DNA of 64,000 bases. Origin: an uncultured Verrucomicrobiales bacterium (lineage in GTDB: Bacteria > Verrucomicrobiota > Verrucomicrobiia > Verrucomicrobiales > DEV007). The position numbers and the translations under genes were made by a program. The stretch's first letter is position 1, and every line of letters begins with the position of its first letter. The notes under the pieces were generated by a model. The model was not told the DNA's origin. It did no database searches and saw nothing but the letters and a program-made list of their open reading frames with translations. The stretch covers positions 1 to 64,000 of the forward strand of contig CALKOM010000108.1 of the NCBI GenBank assembly GCA_938091905.1, given 5' to 3'. This document shows positions 1-9,581 of the stretch, in pieces.

Positions 1-153
1 CACCGCATCACGTCGGGAAAGATTGAAGGATTCAACAACCTTGTTTCAAGAGTGGTGCATCGGGCCTGCGGAATCACTAACATGGATTACGCATGGTTGA
101 AATTTCGGCACCTCTCCATCCAGCAAACTTGACGGAGCGCCCAAAGATGAAGC
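1..153 (+). mobile_element. 3' end of an ISL3-family insertion sequence (transposase C-terminus, cut by window edge)
   Basis: Frame 1 from base 1 reads HRITSGKIEGFNNLVSRVVHRACGITNMDYAWLKFRHLSIQQT* (stop 130-132), matching the ISL3 C-terminal TSGxxEGxNNxI...RAxG motif. Not in the ORF track. Right end placed near GATGAAGC (~153) by inference. Confidence 0.8.
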
Positions 154-157
154 GAAT

Positions 158-631
158 CTAGGGGCTGGCAGAAGAATAGTATGGTAAGTTTGTAGAAATA
201 CTGACAGTGTCCCAATCATTAATAAAGATGCCAGTGTCGAGATCGAGTCGGTTGACGATAGCCAATAGATGAAACGGGGCGTTGGCCAGATTGACCGCCC
301 AAGGTTCACCTGATTCACGGCAGTGTCCATCCTTGTACTGCCGAGGCTCGATCGACTCCTCACGAATGGCGGGACGCGCTTTGACAAGGTCTCCATTCAC
401 CAATTGATCCTCTTCCCAGAGGTTGATCCAATCAGCAAAGAAGATTTTCACCCCTCGAGCCCCAACCAACGATTCGACGAGATACCCAAATGAGAACGAG
501 GTAGCATATTCGGAGTCGACCACTCTGGTGTCCGTGATTAGTACCTCTTTCTCGGGGACAATTTCGTGCGCCTGAGAGGAACGAGCTCGACCTGTAAAGG
601 GTTGAATGACGGTCAGAAGCAACAGGCACAA
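158..631 (-). pseudogene. Secreted hypothetical protein, probably truncated at the adjacent ISL3 end
   Basis: Hydrophobic N-terminus and an APFHLLAIVNRLDL block; the ORF stops 5 bp from the putative IS end, shortly after this block. Confidence 0.5.
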
Positions 632-716
632 GGACGCCTTTATGATTTATACCGCTAAAAAGGAAGCGGATCAATGTAAGCTTGTTCATCATTCTCAGTT
701 GGCTGACTACGCCGTC

Positions 717-1541
717 TTAAGAATCTTCTTCCGTCACTTCAGGGGTGATGGTGCCGTTGGTCTCCGTAGCCGTCGGTTCGGAGAGGATAGCAGCGACATT
801 GTCTGCTTCAATGCGTTGGCGAACGCGCCGGGCGATCTCAGCCTCTTCTTGCACTTGCGCGATGGTGTCTGCCAATCGATTATTAGCGACCGTGGATGGT
901 TCGTGCGGGGCAAGCATGGTCTCCAATTGAAGCTGCATGTCTGTAAGTGCGCGATAGGCCGAATCGATCTGATCTTGCTGGCGTGTTTGTTGGTCTTCTA
1001 GGGCCTGGCGTTCTTCTTCAGTCAATTGATTGCCGGGTTGTCTAAGGAGCGTTTGGTTCTCTGCTAGACGTTGAAGCTGGTCGGTGACCTCAAAACAGAT
1101 CGTATCAATGAGCGTCTTGGTCTTTTGAATCTTTGGAGTGAAATCTCGGCAGCGTATGATCACCTTCTCCATGGTGATCTTTAGATCAATGAAACGGCGC
1201 AGAGTACTCGCTTCTTCTTTACACCGTTGGTGAAATAGTTCGTCAGCCTGTTGATGCAAAGCGTCATTCTGCCGATCATTCTGCTTAGTGACGGCATTGT
1301 ATTGGGCTGTCTTTTTCAACCGACGCCATTGGCTCGCCCAATAGATCACGAGGCCCGCCGCTGCCGTAGCGCCGGCGACTAGGGCGCCGATTCTCGAACG
1401 GGACATCATCGCTACCGCAGTAGCCGAGACTAGAGAAATCCAAGTTGCCGGCGACCAGTAGATACGAAGCAACATCTCTTCGGCGACGTCCTTGGCGGGG
1501 ATTGGAAAGGTGGTGCGAAACTGATCTTCTTGAGGGCCCAT
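717..1541 (-). CDS. Hypothetical membrane-anchored coiled-coil protein
   Basis: 274 aa ORF with two N-terminal hydrophobic segments followed by Q/E/R-rich helical sequence. Confidence 0.7.
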   Translation of the reverse strand: MGPQEDQFRTTFPIPAKDVAEEMLLRIYWSPATWISLVSATAVAMMSRSRIGALVAGATAAAGLVIYWASQWRRLKKTAQYNAVTKQNDRQNDALHQQADELFHQRCKEEASTLRRFIDLKITMEKVIIRCRDFTPKIQKTKTLIDTICFEVTDQLQRLAENQTLLRQPGNQLTEEERQALEDQQTRQQDQIDSAYRALTDMQLQLETMLAPHEPSTVANNRLADTIAQVQEEAEIARRVRQRIEADNVAAILSEPTATETNGTITPEVTEEDS

Positions 1542-1759
1542 GCGCGGTCGTTTCGATCACCACGAACTCTATGTAGGAAGAGACGGATTGCGAGCCTTCT
1601 GTTGGCGTGGGAGCCAGAACCGGTGATTGCTTAGAGATTTATCTGCGATGAGTGAGCAAATCGTAGTATTCGTTAAGTGTCTGGAAATTGCAGCGGTGAT
1701 TTGAATCTCCTGACAGTAGCTCAACTACCTAGACCACAGCCGAAACAGGGAGCAGCCTC

Positions 1760-3275
1760 ATGGTGATGGGAGGTTCAAGAACAATTAGAGCCCTCTTGCC
1801 GATCTTTCTGCTGCTGGTGGTCGTGATAGCGATGATGCTTGAGGTGCCGAATCAAGAACGTCGGGTTACTCCTGAGCGACCGAGACCGGATCGTTGGACA
1901 CCGGATCGAGACTGACCCGGTAGAGGCGATTTCGGAATCTAGTGGGCTTCCGATTCAATCGCTGGAAGAATGATATGGGAGTGCCGTAGCGATGGGGGCC
2001 CTCACTTCTCCATCGGTGATCAGGGAAGGACGATTGCTAGCAGATGTCTGTGCGAAATGCCTGACAGCGTTGATTCGGGAAGACCCCGAAGCCGCGATTC
2101 AAGAGATGCTACCACTGACCGTGTATGCTGATCTTCCCCAGGACATTGGTGAACGGATCGAGCAACCGTTTGCGGCTGCAGGCGATGTCGTGGTGATCCC
2201 TAAGTGCCGCGACCCGAAGGCGCTGGTTCCAAATTCCACGAATCCAGGCGAACTCTATTTCGCCACATGGCATGGAGAGACGCGCCAAATGTTCCTTCCC
2301 CAGGGGCGACGGGGGCTCCTGTCGGAACGGGGTGTCTCGCTTGTTGAGGTTCTGTTAGTAAATATCGGGTTGGTGACGCCATCCCCTGTGTGGACGCTGT
2401 CGGAAACGGAGGCCCGGGTGGCCCCCGGTGTGCTTGGTGTCGCGGAACTCGAAGGTGATCGAAAGCCCGGTGACACCATTGCGCTCGTCGGCCGTGAATT
2501 GAAGTCGATCTCTCTTTCGGCAGAGCGGAAGTATGCCGAAATCTTGCGACTAGCAGAGACCCTGCTAGGACCTGAAACCGTTGTCGCAGCGACGGCAGCA
2601 TTCGCGACAGGAGGCGAATTCTCGTTTGGATTAATGGCCCAGGCAGTGACGGCGGCGGCGTCTTCGTGGACGCAATCCCCAAAGGATGTTTTGATGATTC
2701 GTGTTCAGTTTTCTGACGTTAGCCTCACGGTCACGCAGGCTGAAGCTGAGACAAAACTAACGGAAACGTCTACGCTTCTCTTCGAGCAATCGTATGGCCA
2801 GACTTTCCTTCAGAACAAAGATGTCACGAGCATTGTCTACACACTTCCACATGATCGATCCCATTATTTGGCCTTCACTGAAGACCACGATGCTTACGAG
2901 CAAATCCGGGCCGACGGGCTTTCCGCGGCCAGATCCACAGGGCTTAGCACAACCGGCTATGATATCATTGGCGTTCTCTTTCCGCCGATCGCTGTGGGTA
3001 ACGGTGGTCTCGCTTTGGTTGGTGGGGGTGGGGGGCTTTCGGTAGCCAACTGTGGATAAGCGGTCATCAGTCGACCTTTTTCTATCTGCATGAGTTTGGA
3101 CATCTCTATGGGCTCCAGCATGCTAGCGCCTGGATGGCAGACGATGGAACCAGTGTGCCTTATCCTGTCGCTGGAGGCCTCCGAGCACGAAGTGTACGGC
3201 GATATCTTTGACCCGATGGGCATTGGGCCGGTAGAGTCTCACTTCAGCAGCGATTCTACCGTATTCGAGTGCTAG
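1760..3275 (+). pseudogene. Degraded secreted metzincin metallopeptidase (M11/gametolysin-like)
   Basis: Signal-peptide fragment from ATG 1760; ORF 1992-3059 (VLMIRVQFSD, SYGQTFL); HEFGHLYGLQH starts at 3089 in a shifted frame; EVYGDIFDPMG Met-turn back in the 1992 frame. Confidence 0.75.
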
Positions 3276-3405
3276 CAGATTAGAGTCCTTGTCGTTAGAA
3301 GACTGGTCTAACGTGGCTACATTGGACCTGCCTGCGATGAAGTCGATGTTCCTGTTGCCGCAGACTGGCGCTTTCTCCGGCTTCAATTTGCGCTACGCTA
3401 GCCGC

Positions 3406-4395
3406 ATGCAAGTGCAATCCCTCGGAACGACGGACCTACAAGTAACGCCGATGGGCCTTGGACTCGCGGCGCTTGGCCGTCCTGGATACATCAATCTTGG
3501 TCACGGAGACGACTTGGCGCATGAGTATGACTCGGACGCCATGGAAACGCACGCCCACGCCGTGCTTGATGCGGCTTGGGTGGCAGGAGTGCGCTACTTT
3601 GATGCGGCCCGATCGTATGGGAAGGCGGAAGCCTTTCTCGGTGCATGGCTTCAGAGCCGGGGCCACGAGGATGCCTTGGTGGGTTCCAAATGGGGTTATA
3701 CCTACACGGCGGACTGGAAGATTGAGGCAAAGGCCCATGAGGTGAAGGAGCATTCCCTTGCGCTACTCAATCGTCAGGTGGCCGAGAGTGCTTCGCTTCT
3801 GCAGTCGCATCTCAAGCTCTATCAAATTCACTCGGCGACCTTGGAAAGCGGGGTGCTGAACAATAAAGACGTGCTCTTGCGATTGGCAGAGCTGAAAGAA
3901 ATGGATTGGTGTATTGGACTTTCCGTAAGCGGGCCACAACAAGCCGACGTCATTTGTCGGGCGCTCGAAATCCAAATGGGTGGCAAGCTCCTCTTTGATA
4001 CCTGTCAGGCTACGTGGAATGTCCTTGAGCGATCGGCTGGCGTCGCGTTGCAAGAAGCGCATGATCTTGGAATGGGCATCATTGTCAAAGAGGGCCTGGC
4101 CAACGGCCGCCTAACGGATCGCAACACCGTGGCGGACTTTTCGAAGAAGCGTAGTTTGCTAGAAGGGCTTGCGAGTAAGCATGAGATGAGCATCGACGCG
4201 ATCGCGCTTGCGGCGGTGCTCCACCAACCCTGGGCGGGCACCGTACTAAGCGGCGCAGCGCAGTCGATGCACTTACTCGCCAATCTCAGGGCCTTGGACG
4301 TCCGTCTTGACCGGGACGACCTTGAGATTCTGCGTGGCTTCGCAGAATCACCCGAAGTCTATTGGAAGACCCGTTCTGCATTGGCCTGGAATTAG
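3406..4395 (+). CDS. Aldo/keto reductase
   Basis: LGTTDLQVTPMGLG, YFDAARSYG, SKWG, LYQIHS and IGLS AKR motifs; start set at ATG 3406. Confidence 0.9.
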   Translation: MQVQSLGTTDLQVTPMGLGLAALGRPGYINLGHGDDLAHEYDSDAMETHAHAVLDAAWVAGVRYFDAARSYGKAEAFLGAWLQSRGHEDALVGSKWGYTYTADWKIEAKAHEVKEHSLALLNRQVAESASLLQSHLKLYQIHSATLESGVLNNKDVLLRLAELKEMDWCIGLSVSGPQQADVICRALEIQMGGKLLFDTCQATWNVLERSAGVALQEAHDLGMGIIVKEGLANGRLTDRNTVADFSKKRSLLEGLASKHEMSIDAIALAAVLHQPWAGTVLSGAAQSMHLLANLRALDVRLDRDDLEILRGFAESPEVYWKTRSALAWN

Positions 4396-4706
4396 TCGAC
4401 GGTCACGGCGGTACCGTAGGCTAGTATTTCTGCTGCTCCGTTGGAGATCATGGAGGTGGTGAAACGGACATCCATTACCGCATTGGCACCCAAGCGTTTC
4501 GCCTCGGCACACATGCGATCCAGAGCCTGTTCGCGGCTCTCGGCCATGAGCTTCGTGTATTCCTCAATCTCGCCGCCGACGATGTGCCGAAAGACGGCAA
4601 GAATGTCACGACCCAAGTGGCGCGCTCGAATCGTGTTTCCGCGTACGAGGCCGTGAGTTTGAGTGATGGTCTTGTCTGAGATGCTGCTAGAAGTTGTGGT
4701 GAACAT
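4392..4706 (-). CDS. YbjQ/UPF0145 family protein
   Basis: GLVRG...GGEIEEYTKLMAESREQALDRM...LGANAV...EILAYGTAV signature; start at MFTTT. Confidence 0.9.
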   Translation of the reverse strand: MFTTTSSSISDKTITQTHGLVRGNTIRARHLGRDILAVFRHIVGGEIEEYTKLMAESREQALDRMCAEAKRLGANAVMDVRFTTSMISNGAAEILAYGTAVTVD

Positions 4707-4725
4707 AGAATTATTAAGTGGTTTG

Positions 4726-5163
4726 TTAGCGTTGAATGTCTTTGTAGGGGTCGACGGCATGCTTTGCGATACGCTCTTGAATGAATGATAGAAGAAGAAT
4801 GGCCGTGCCGATAAGAATCCCGATGAAGCAGAGATTTGGAAAAGCGAGTCCATCGGCACTCAGCATTTCGACAATGGTATACCCGATGAGTCCGACGTAG
4901 CCGAGGAGGACCAACCAAAGGCCGCCAACTCTCGCGAAGTGGTGATGCGGGCTCTTCCAGAGCTTGCGGGTGACTTCATCACCAGGCTCAAGAAAGCTCA
5001 TTGGCTGGAGATGATTGCCCGTCTGACAAAGGCGTTCATACTCCTCGCGAAGCTCAGAAGACCGGACAAGGGCGCCATTCACGTTGGCGGCTTCTTCATG
5101 CGTGAGTTCGCCATCCATGAGTCCCATGAGTAACGGGCGGTAGTGATTAAGATCGATGGGCAT
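4726..5163 (-). CDS. Membrane anti-sigma factor
   Basis: LLMGLMDGEL anti-sigma-type N-terminus and two C-terminal TM helices; overlaps the sigma gene. Confidence 0.75.
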   Translation of the reverse strand: MPIDLNHYRPLLMGLMDGELTHEEAANVNGALVRSSELREEYERLCQTGNHLQPMSFLEPGDEVTRKLWKSPHHHFARVGGLWLVLLGYVGLIGYTIVEMLSADGLAFPNLCFIGILIGTAILLLSFIQERIAKHAVDPYKDIQR

Positions 5164-5722
5164 CGGTGTCGTGGAGTTGTCGAAAGACAGAGCGAGCCTC
5201 GTAGAGTCGGCTCATCACAGTGCCCCGAGGGATATTGAGCGTTTCCGAAATCTCGTCGTATCGGAAACCGTGGATGTATTTTAATGTGAGGATCTCGGCG
5301 TGCTTTGGCTTGAGCTGAGAGAGAAGATGCCAGACCTGCTCACGGGACTCGCGGGCCATGGCAAGATCGCTGGGATCATCGGTATCTGCCCGAGCCTTCG
5401 GAGACATGGCAGCCTTGGCTGCATACGCGTCACGAGTTTGGCGTCGCCCTAGCATGTTCAAACAGTGATTGCGAAGAATGCGGTAAAACCAAGGATAGAA
5501 GCGATCCAGCTTCGGCAGCCTGGGCATGGCGGCAAAGGCGCTGGCAAAGGATTCCTGACAGGCATCTGCCGCGTCTGGCTCATTGCCTAGCAAGGCGTGG
5601 GCGTGATAGTAAGTTTCCCGCCGAAACTTGCGCACAAGAAACTCGAAACCCGACGGGTCACGGTGTTTCAGGCAAAGACGGATGGCAGTTTCTTCAGTCA
5701 CAAGTTTGAGGTGTTCAGGCAC
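5147..5722 (-). CDS. ECF RNA polymerase sigma-70 factor
   Basis: Region 2 (DAADACQESF...FYPWFYRILRNHC) and region 4 (YDEISETLNIPRGTVMSRLY). Confidence 0.93.
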   Translation of the reverse strand: MPEHLKLVTEETAIRLCLKHRDPSGFEFLVRKFRRETYYHAHALLGNEPDAADACQESFASAFAAMPRLPKLDRFYPWFYRILRNHCLNMLGRRQTRDAYAAKAAMSPKARADTDDPSDLAMARESREQVWHLLSQLKPKHAEILTLKYIHGFRYDEISETLNIPRGTVMSRLYEARSVFRQLHDTDAHRS

Positions 5723-5851
5723 TAAACCGATGACTCGGAGAAATATTCTTTTAATCTGTGAGAAAGTTCGCCAGAGCGATGCTTGAGCTGTTTCATTAAT
5801 GCTTGCTCTTCAATGTCGACCCGCACACCCATCGTGCGCTACGCTTCCTCC

Positions 5852-6028
5852 ATGGACATTTCCCCAGAAGACTACGAGCGCATCGCCGCTCTGATTACCA
5901 GCGAAGATAGCCCTGTCGGCATCGACGCCAAACGAACACACATCATGATCCTGCGTAAGCTTGAGCAAATCGAAGCACGCCTTCAGCGCCTTGAGGAACG
6001 CACATCTTCAAAAGACGCCCCCTCGTAA
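5852..6028 (+). CDS. Small hypothetical protein
   Basis: MDISPEDYERIAALITSEDSPVGIDAKRTHIMILRKLEQIEARL; protein-like with a coiled-coil end. Confidence 0.55.
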   Translation: MDISPEDYERIAALITSEDSPVGIDAKRTHIMILRKLEQIEARLQRLEERTSSKDAPS

Positions 6029-6057
6029 TGCGAGATACTGACTAACAAGGGGTTAAC

Positions 6058-6813
6058 ATGAATTGGGTGAAGGTGCTGCTTTTGGCGATTAGTCTAGCCT
6101 TGAAGACCCATTGGGTCATCGCAAAGCAATCAGCAACCGCCTACACCGAAAGCACGGTTGTGATTCACGCGGCCCTTGCGGAGACATCTGAAGCCGACCC
6201 AGTCGCGAGACCGGTTGCTGCGCTAGTCACTGAAGAACGGCCGCCATTGCCGGTTGGTCATTTGCGATTGTCAGAAAGCCACCTGATCGGAGTGAGCATC
6301 CTGTGTTTTGAGAGAGAACGATGATAGTTGAGCCAACGTGCTGTCACGGCCTTCGAACTCACTCCGGATGCGGAAGCGCAGGTCAACCAAGCATTAGGAG
6401 AGTTGAAGACCGAAATCTTTCGTATGGAGGCCGAGCGTGTGGAGAAGCACTCTGACTGGCATTACACCGTAGGTGCTTTCAGCAAGGAAGAAGTGAAGAG
6501 TTTAAGAGCAGGTTTTCGCAGCCATCTGGACAATCATCTTGAGGCCATTCATGCTGAGGCGCTCACGGCACTGGCATTCAATCATGACTACTTCTTCGAC
6601 GATCCCTACAAAGAGCTGGAAGTTACGATGATCCCTTCTCTCAATCACCTTGAAATTCAGTTTGGAAGTCGGATCCGGCAGCTGAGCATTCCCTACGAAG
6701 GTCCCTTTATTCCTACAAGGAACACGAAGCGTTTGTCCCACGCGATTGATTTCGAACCTACGTGGCGTCTGGCTTTTGAAGAGACTCGCAAGAGGTTGGA
6801 GGCAGCGAAATGA
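6058..6813 (+). pseudogene. Interrupted paralog of the downstream hypothetical secreted protein
   Basis: ORFs 6058-6324 and 6328-6813 are in the same frame, separated by TGA-TAG (6322-6327); they share the N-terminal signal style and a C-terminal H(A/S)IDF(E/T)P motif with 6810-7556. Confidence 0.6.
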
Positions 6814-7556
6814 ACCGTTTGCTCAACGTTACTCTTGTCTTGAGTTTGATCGCCAATGTGATCCTAGCGCTGACAGGTAGTCCTGCCAAAGCGACTCAAC
6901 CAGGCACTCAGCCAGTTCGCGTGCATGAGAAATCGATCATTCCACAAGCGCGTGTGTTGTCAAAGACGAACGATCGAAGCGACGAAGATGTTAGACAGCA
7001 ACCTGCCGTCGTCATTCCGTGGGTATTGGCCAAAGAAGGAGGTCTCCGGCATCACGGATACGACTTCGGTATTCCTGACGCGCTTATTCGTGGCCTGGAA
7101 CTTGGACCTGCAGAGCATAGAGCAGTGCTCAAGATGAATCAGGTCCTGCGGGAAATCGAAGAGCGCGGCATACAACGGTCTGAAGATTCCATGGTGATTG
7201 TCGAGATTGATGAGAAGCAGCAGCAGGCGGCGCTGGAGAACTTTGTTGCTGAGATAGAGCAAGCCCTACCAGAGGCTAAAGCCGCCATGCTCTCCGAGAA
7301 CGCAGTAGCTTGCAACTACCTTCGGTGGGCGTCTTTGCAACTCAAGGTGATCGAGACGAAGGGACAGTTGACATTCAAGGTCGCCCATCTCAACCGACCA
7401 GACAAAGAAGGGGTTCGAGGAGAGGGAGGATCGACAACACGAACATTGAAGCACTACCCAATGGAGCAGCTCCGTAAACGTTGGGGCCATTCGATCGACT
7501 TTACGCCGCTCGAAGAAACCTTGAAGGCCCGAGAAGAGGGAATGCCACAGCTATGA
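6810..7556 (+). CDS. Hypothetical secreted/membrane-anchored protein
   Basis: 248 aa, N-terminal hydrophobic signal, ATGA overlaps with both neighbours. Confidence 0.75.
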   Translation: MNRLLNVTLVLSLIANVILALTGSPAKATQPGTQPVRVHEKSIIPQARVLSKTNDRSDEDVRQQPAVVIPWVLAKEGGLRHHGYDFGIPDALIRGLELGPAEHRAVLKMNQVLREIEERGIQRSEDSMVIVEIDEKQQQAALENFVAEIEQALPEAKAAMLSENAVACNYLRWASLQLKVIETKGQLTFKVAHLNRPDKEGVRGEGGSTTRTLKHYPMEQLRKRWGHSIDFTPLEETLKAREEGMPQL

Positions 7557-8503
7557 ATTGGGGAATCTGTTCATTGTTCTTGGTCGTGTTCTTGCCTTCA
7601 GCAGAAGCTCAGCTGCAGGATGTCTGGCAAACCGTGGCGAAGATCAAGGCCGATGAGCCAAGGGGCGTCCGCTTCAGCTTGGGCGATGGCTTGCCAGAGG
7701 GTGGGCACCTGCCGGGCGTGCAGGCGATCGTCCAAGGAAACGACTCCAAATTGCTGCTGTCTGGGAGTTCGAACGACTTCTCCTACATTCTCACGGTGCC
7801 TATGTCAGCCCGTGGTGATGCCAATGCTATCCTGACAAAGTTGCTATCGTCGCCATACCGGCACGCTGGCGGTTTTCAGTTAGTTGAAGGACGGGATGCT
7901 GCCATCGGGTTGGAAGACAACCGCTTGAAGGACACTTCCAAGGTGTGGGTGGTCGACGTGGCTGCGAAGGATTTCGGTGAACCCGTGAAGCCCTTGATCT
8001 CGATTGAGCGTCACGGTCAAGTGGAACGGCCGACGGTAGGCGCCATCGCCATGGCTGGGCTTGGAAAGCGCCATCTTCTCGTGGTGGGCACGTGGGATTC
8101 GGCAACGCCGGATTTCTACGAGTCCAATGAATACCCGCTGGAGGACGTTCGCTGTCGTTTTGAGAAGGCGGGAACCTGGAGCGCCGCAGATGCCGATCGC
8201 GGAAACTGGAGCGACGTCACTTACGGATCCTATCAGAACATGAATTTGATCGTCGATGCTCAGGGGCGCTGTTTCCTAGCAGGATTCTGTTGCACGGGGG
8301 ATGTGGATCACTTGGATCTGTACGAATGGCAACGGGCAGATGGCACCCCGATATCGAAGCAACTGATCAAACGCGGCACCAAGAGCTTCCGCTGCGTCGA
8401 GACCACTTTCCGAGCCGGTGCTGGCTTGCAAGTCACGAAGGATGGCTCCGTCGTCGTCTACGCATGCAGCCATCGCGAAGGCGTGGTCGAGGTGTTTGAG
8501 TAG
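7553..8503 (+). CDS. Secreted hypothetical protein (possible beta-propeller)
   Basis: Signal peptide MNWGICSLFLVVFLPSAEA; beta-rich sequence (HAGGFQ, SYQNMNLI); start ATG 7553. Confidence 0.7.
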   Translation: MNWGICSLFLVVFLPSAEAQLQDVWQTVAKIKADEPRGVRFSLGDGLPEGGHLPGVQAIVQGNDSKLLLSGSSNDFSYILTVPMSARGDANAILTKLLSSPYRHAGGFQLVEGRDAAIGLEDNRLKDTSKVWVVDVAAKDFGEPVKPLISIERHGQVERPTVGAIAMAGLGKRHLLVVGTWDSATPDFYESNEYPLEDVRCRFEKAGTWSAADADRGNWSDVTYGSYQNMNLIVDAQGRCFLAGFCCTGDVDHLDLYEWQRADGTPISKQLIKRGTKSFRCVETTFRAGAGLQVTKDGSVVVYACSHREGVVEVFE

Positions 8504-8579
8504 CGAAATACACGCCTCTCCGGTGTGAGGTGGACCGTTTGGTGCTATCCCATTGGTCAGAAATAGCTCATCATCTTCC

Positions 8580-9575
8580 ATGATGAATTCCTTCTACGTT
8601 TTTCCAGCCTTCTACGTCTGCGTCTCACTGAGCCTTCATGCGCAAGCTCCAGCCCCGGAGAAAGTGGGTGGGCTTGAAGTTGTCGCCATTCTTGAGATGT
8701 TAGGGGCGAAGCAGGAAGACGGTGTTTCTGCCGAGCAAAGGAGAACCTACGGGAAGCACTTCGGTTTCGTTGACCTCAATGGCGACGGATTACATTCGGC
8801 GGAAGAGTTCGTCGAGAAGGGAAGCTATCTCACTCCGCAAGCACGACGAGGGATTTTCAAAGCGGCAGATGCCGATCAAGATGGCTCCGTCACGCAAGCT
8901 GAATACGTGCTCAACCGCATCATCACCGATGAGGCGAAAGCCTTGATGCAGGCGTTAGACGCAGATGAGGATGGCCTGGTGAGCCGAGAGGAGTTTGATC
9001 AGGGCACCAAGGTCAAGCTTCAGGTGAAGGAGCAGCGTGAGGCTGTGTTCAAAGCGTTTGATCGCGATGAGAACGGCGTTCTCCGGACGCCGGAGTACCT
9101 TCGCGCCTGGGGTGCTTGGGCTCGTGAGGGTCAGAAGCCTGCCGAGGCCCGGTTACGAGAAGTCGCGCTCGATGCGCTCTGGGCGGAAGTTTCACGTTTG
9201 GTCATGGAGGGTGACTTCGCTGGCTATAGCGCGACGTGTCATCCTGACGGAGTCTTTGTTTCTGGAAGCAAGGCGAGTAGCTATCCTCTCAGCAAAGCCC
9301 TCGCGGGATGGAGGCAGGGCTTTGAGGATACGAAAGCGGGAAAGTTGAAGGCCAGCGTGGCCTTCCGTTTCAGTCAACGCTTTGGCGATGCCACGACAGC
9401 CCACGAGACGGGCATCTTTCTATACACCAGTGAGCCCACTGGCGGTGAGGCTAACAAAGCCTATATTGATTTCGAAGCGCTGCTTCTCAAGGACGGCGAA
9501 GGTGAGTGGAAGGTCATGATGGAATACCAGAAAGCAGCGGTGAACGAAGAAGCCTGGGAGGCGCTCGCTAAGTAA
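8580..9575 (+). CDS. Secreted EF-hand protein fused to an NTF2/SnoaL-like domain
   Basis: Four EF-hand loops (DLNGDGLHSAEEF, DADQDGSVTQAEY, DADEDGLVSREEF, DRDENGVLRTPEY), then an EGDFAGYSATCHPDGV...TAHETGIF...WKVMMEYQ domain. Confidence 0.8.
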   Translation: MMNSFYVFPAFYVCVSLSLHAQAPAPEKVGGLEVVAILEMLGAKQEDGVSAEQRRTYGKHFGFVDLNGDGLHSAEEFVEKGSYLTPQARRGIFKAADADQDGSVTQAEYVLNRIITDEAKALMQALDADEDGLVSREEFDQGTKVKLQVKEQREAVFKAFDRDENGVLRTPEYLRAWGAWAREGQKPAEARLREVALDALWAEVSRLVMEGDFAGYSATCHPDGVFVSGSKASSYPLSKALAGWRQGFEDTKAGKLKASVAFRFSQRFGDATTAHETGIFLYTSEPTGGEANKAYIDFEALLLKDGEGEWKVMMEYQKAAVNEEAWEALAK

Positions 9576-9581
9576 GTAGCT

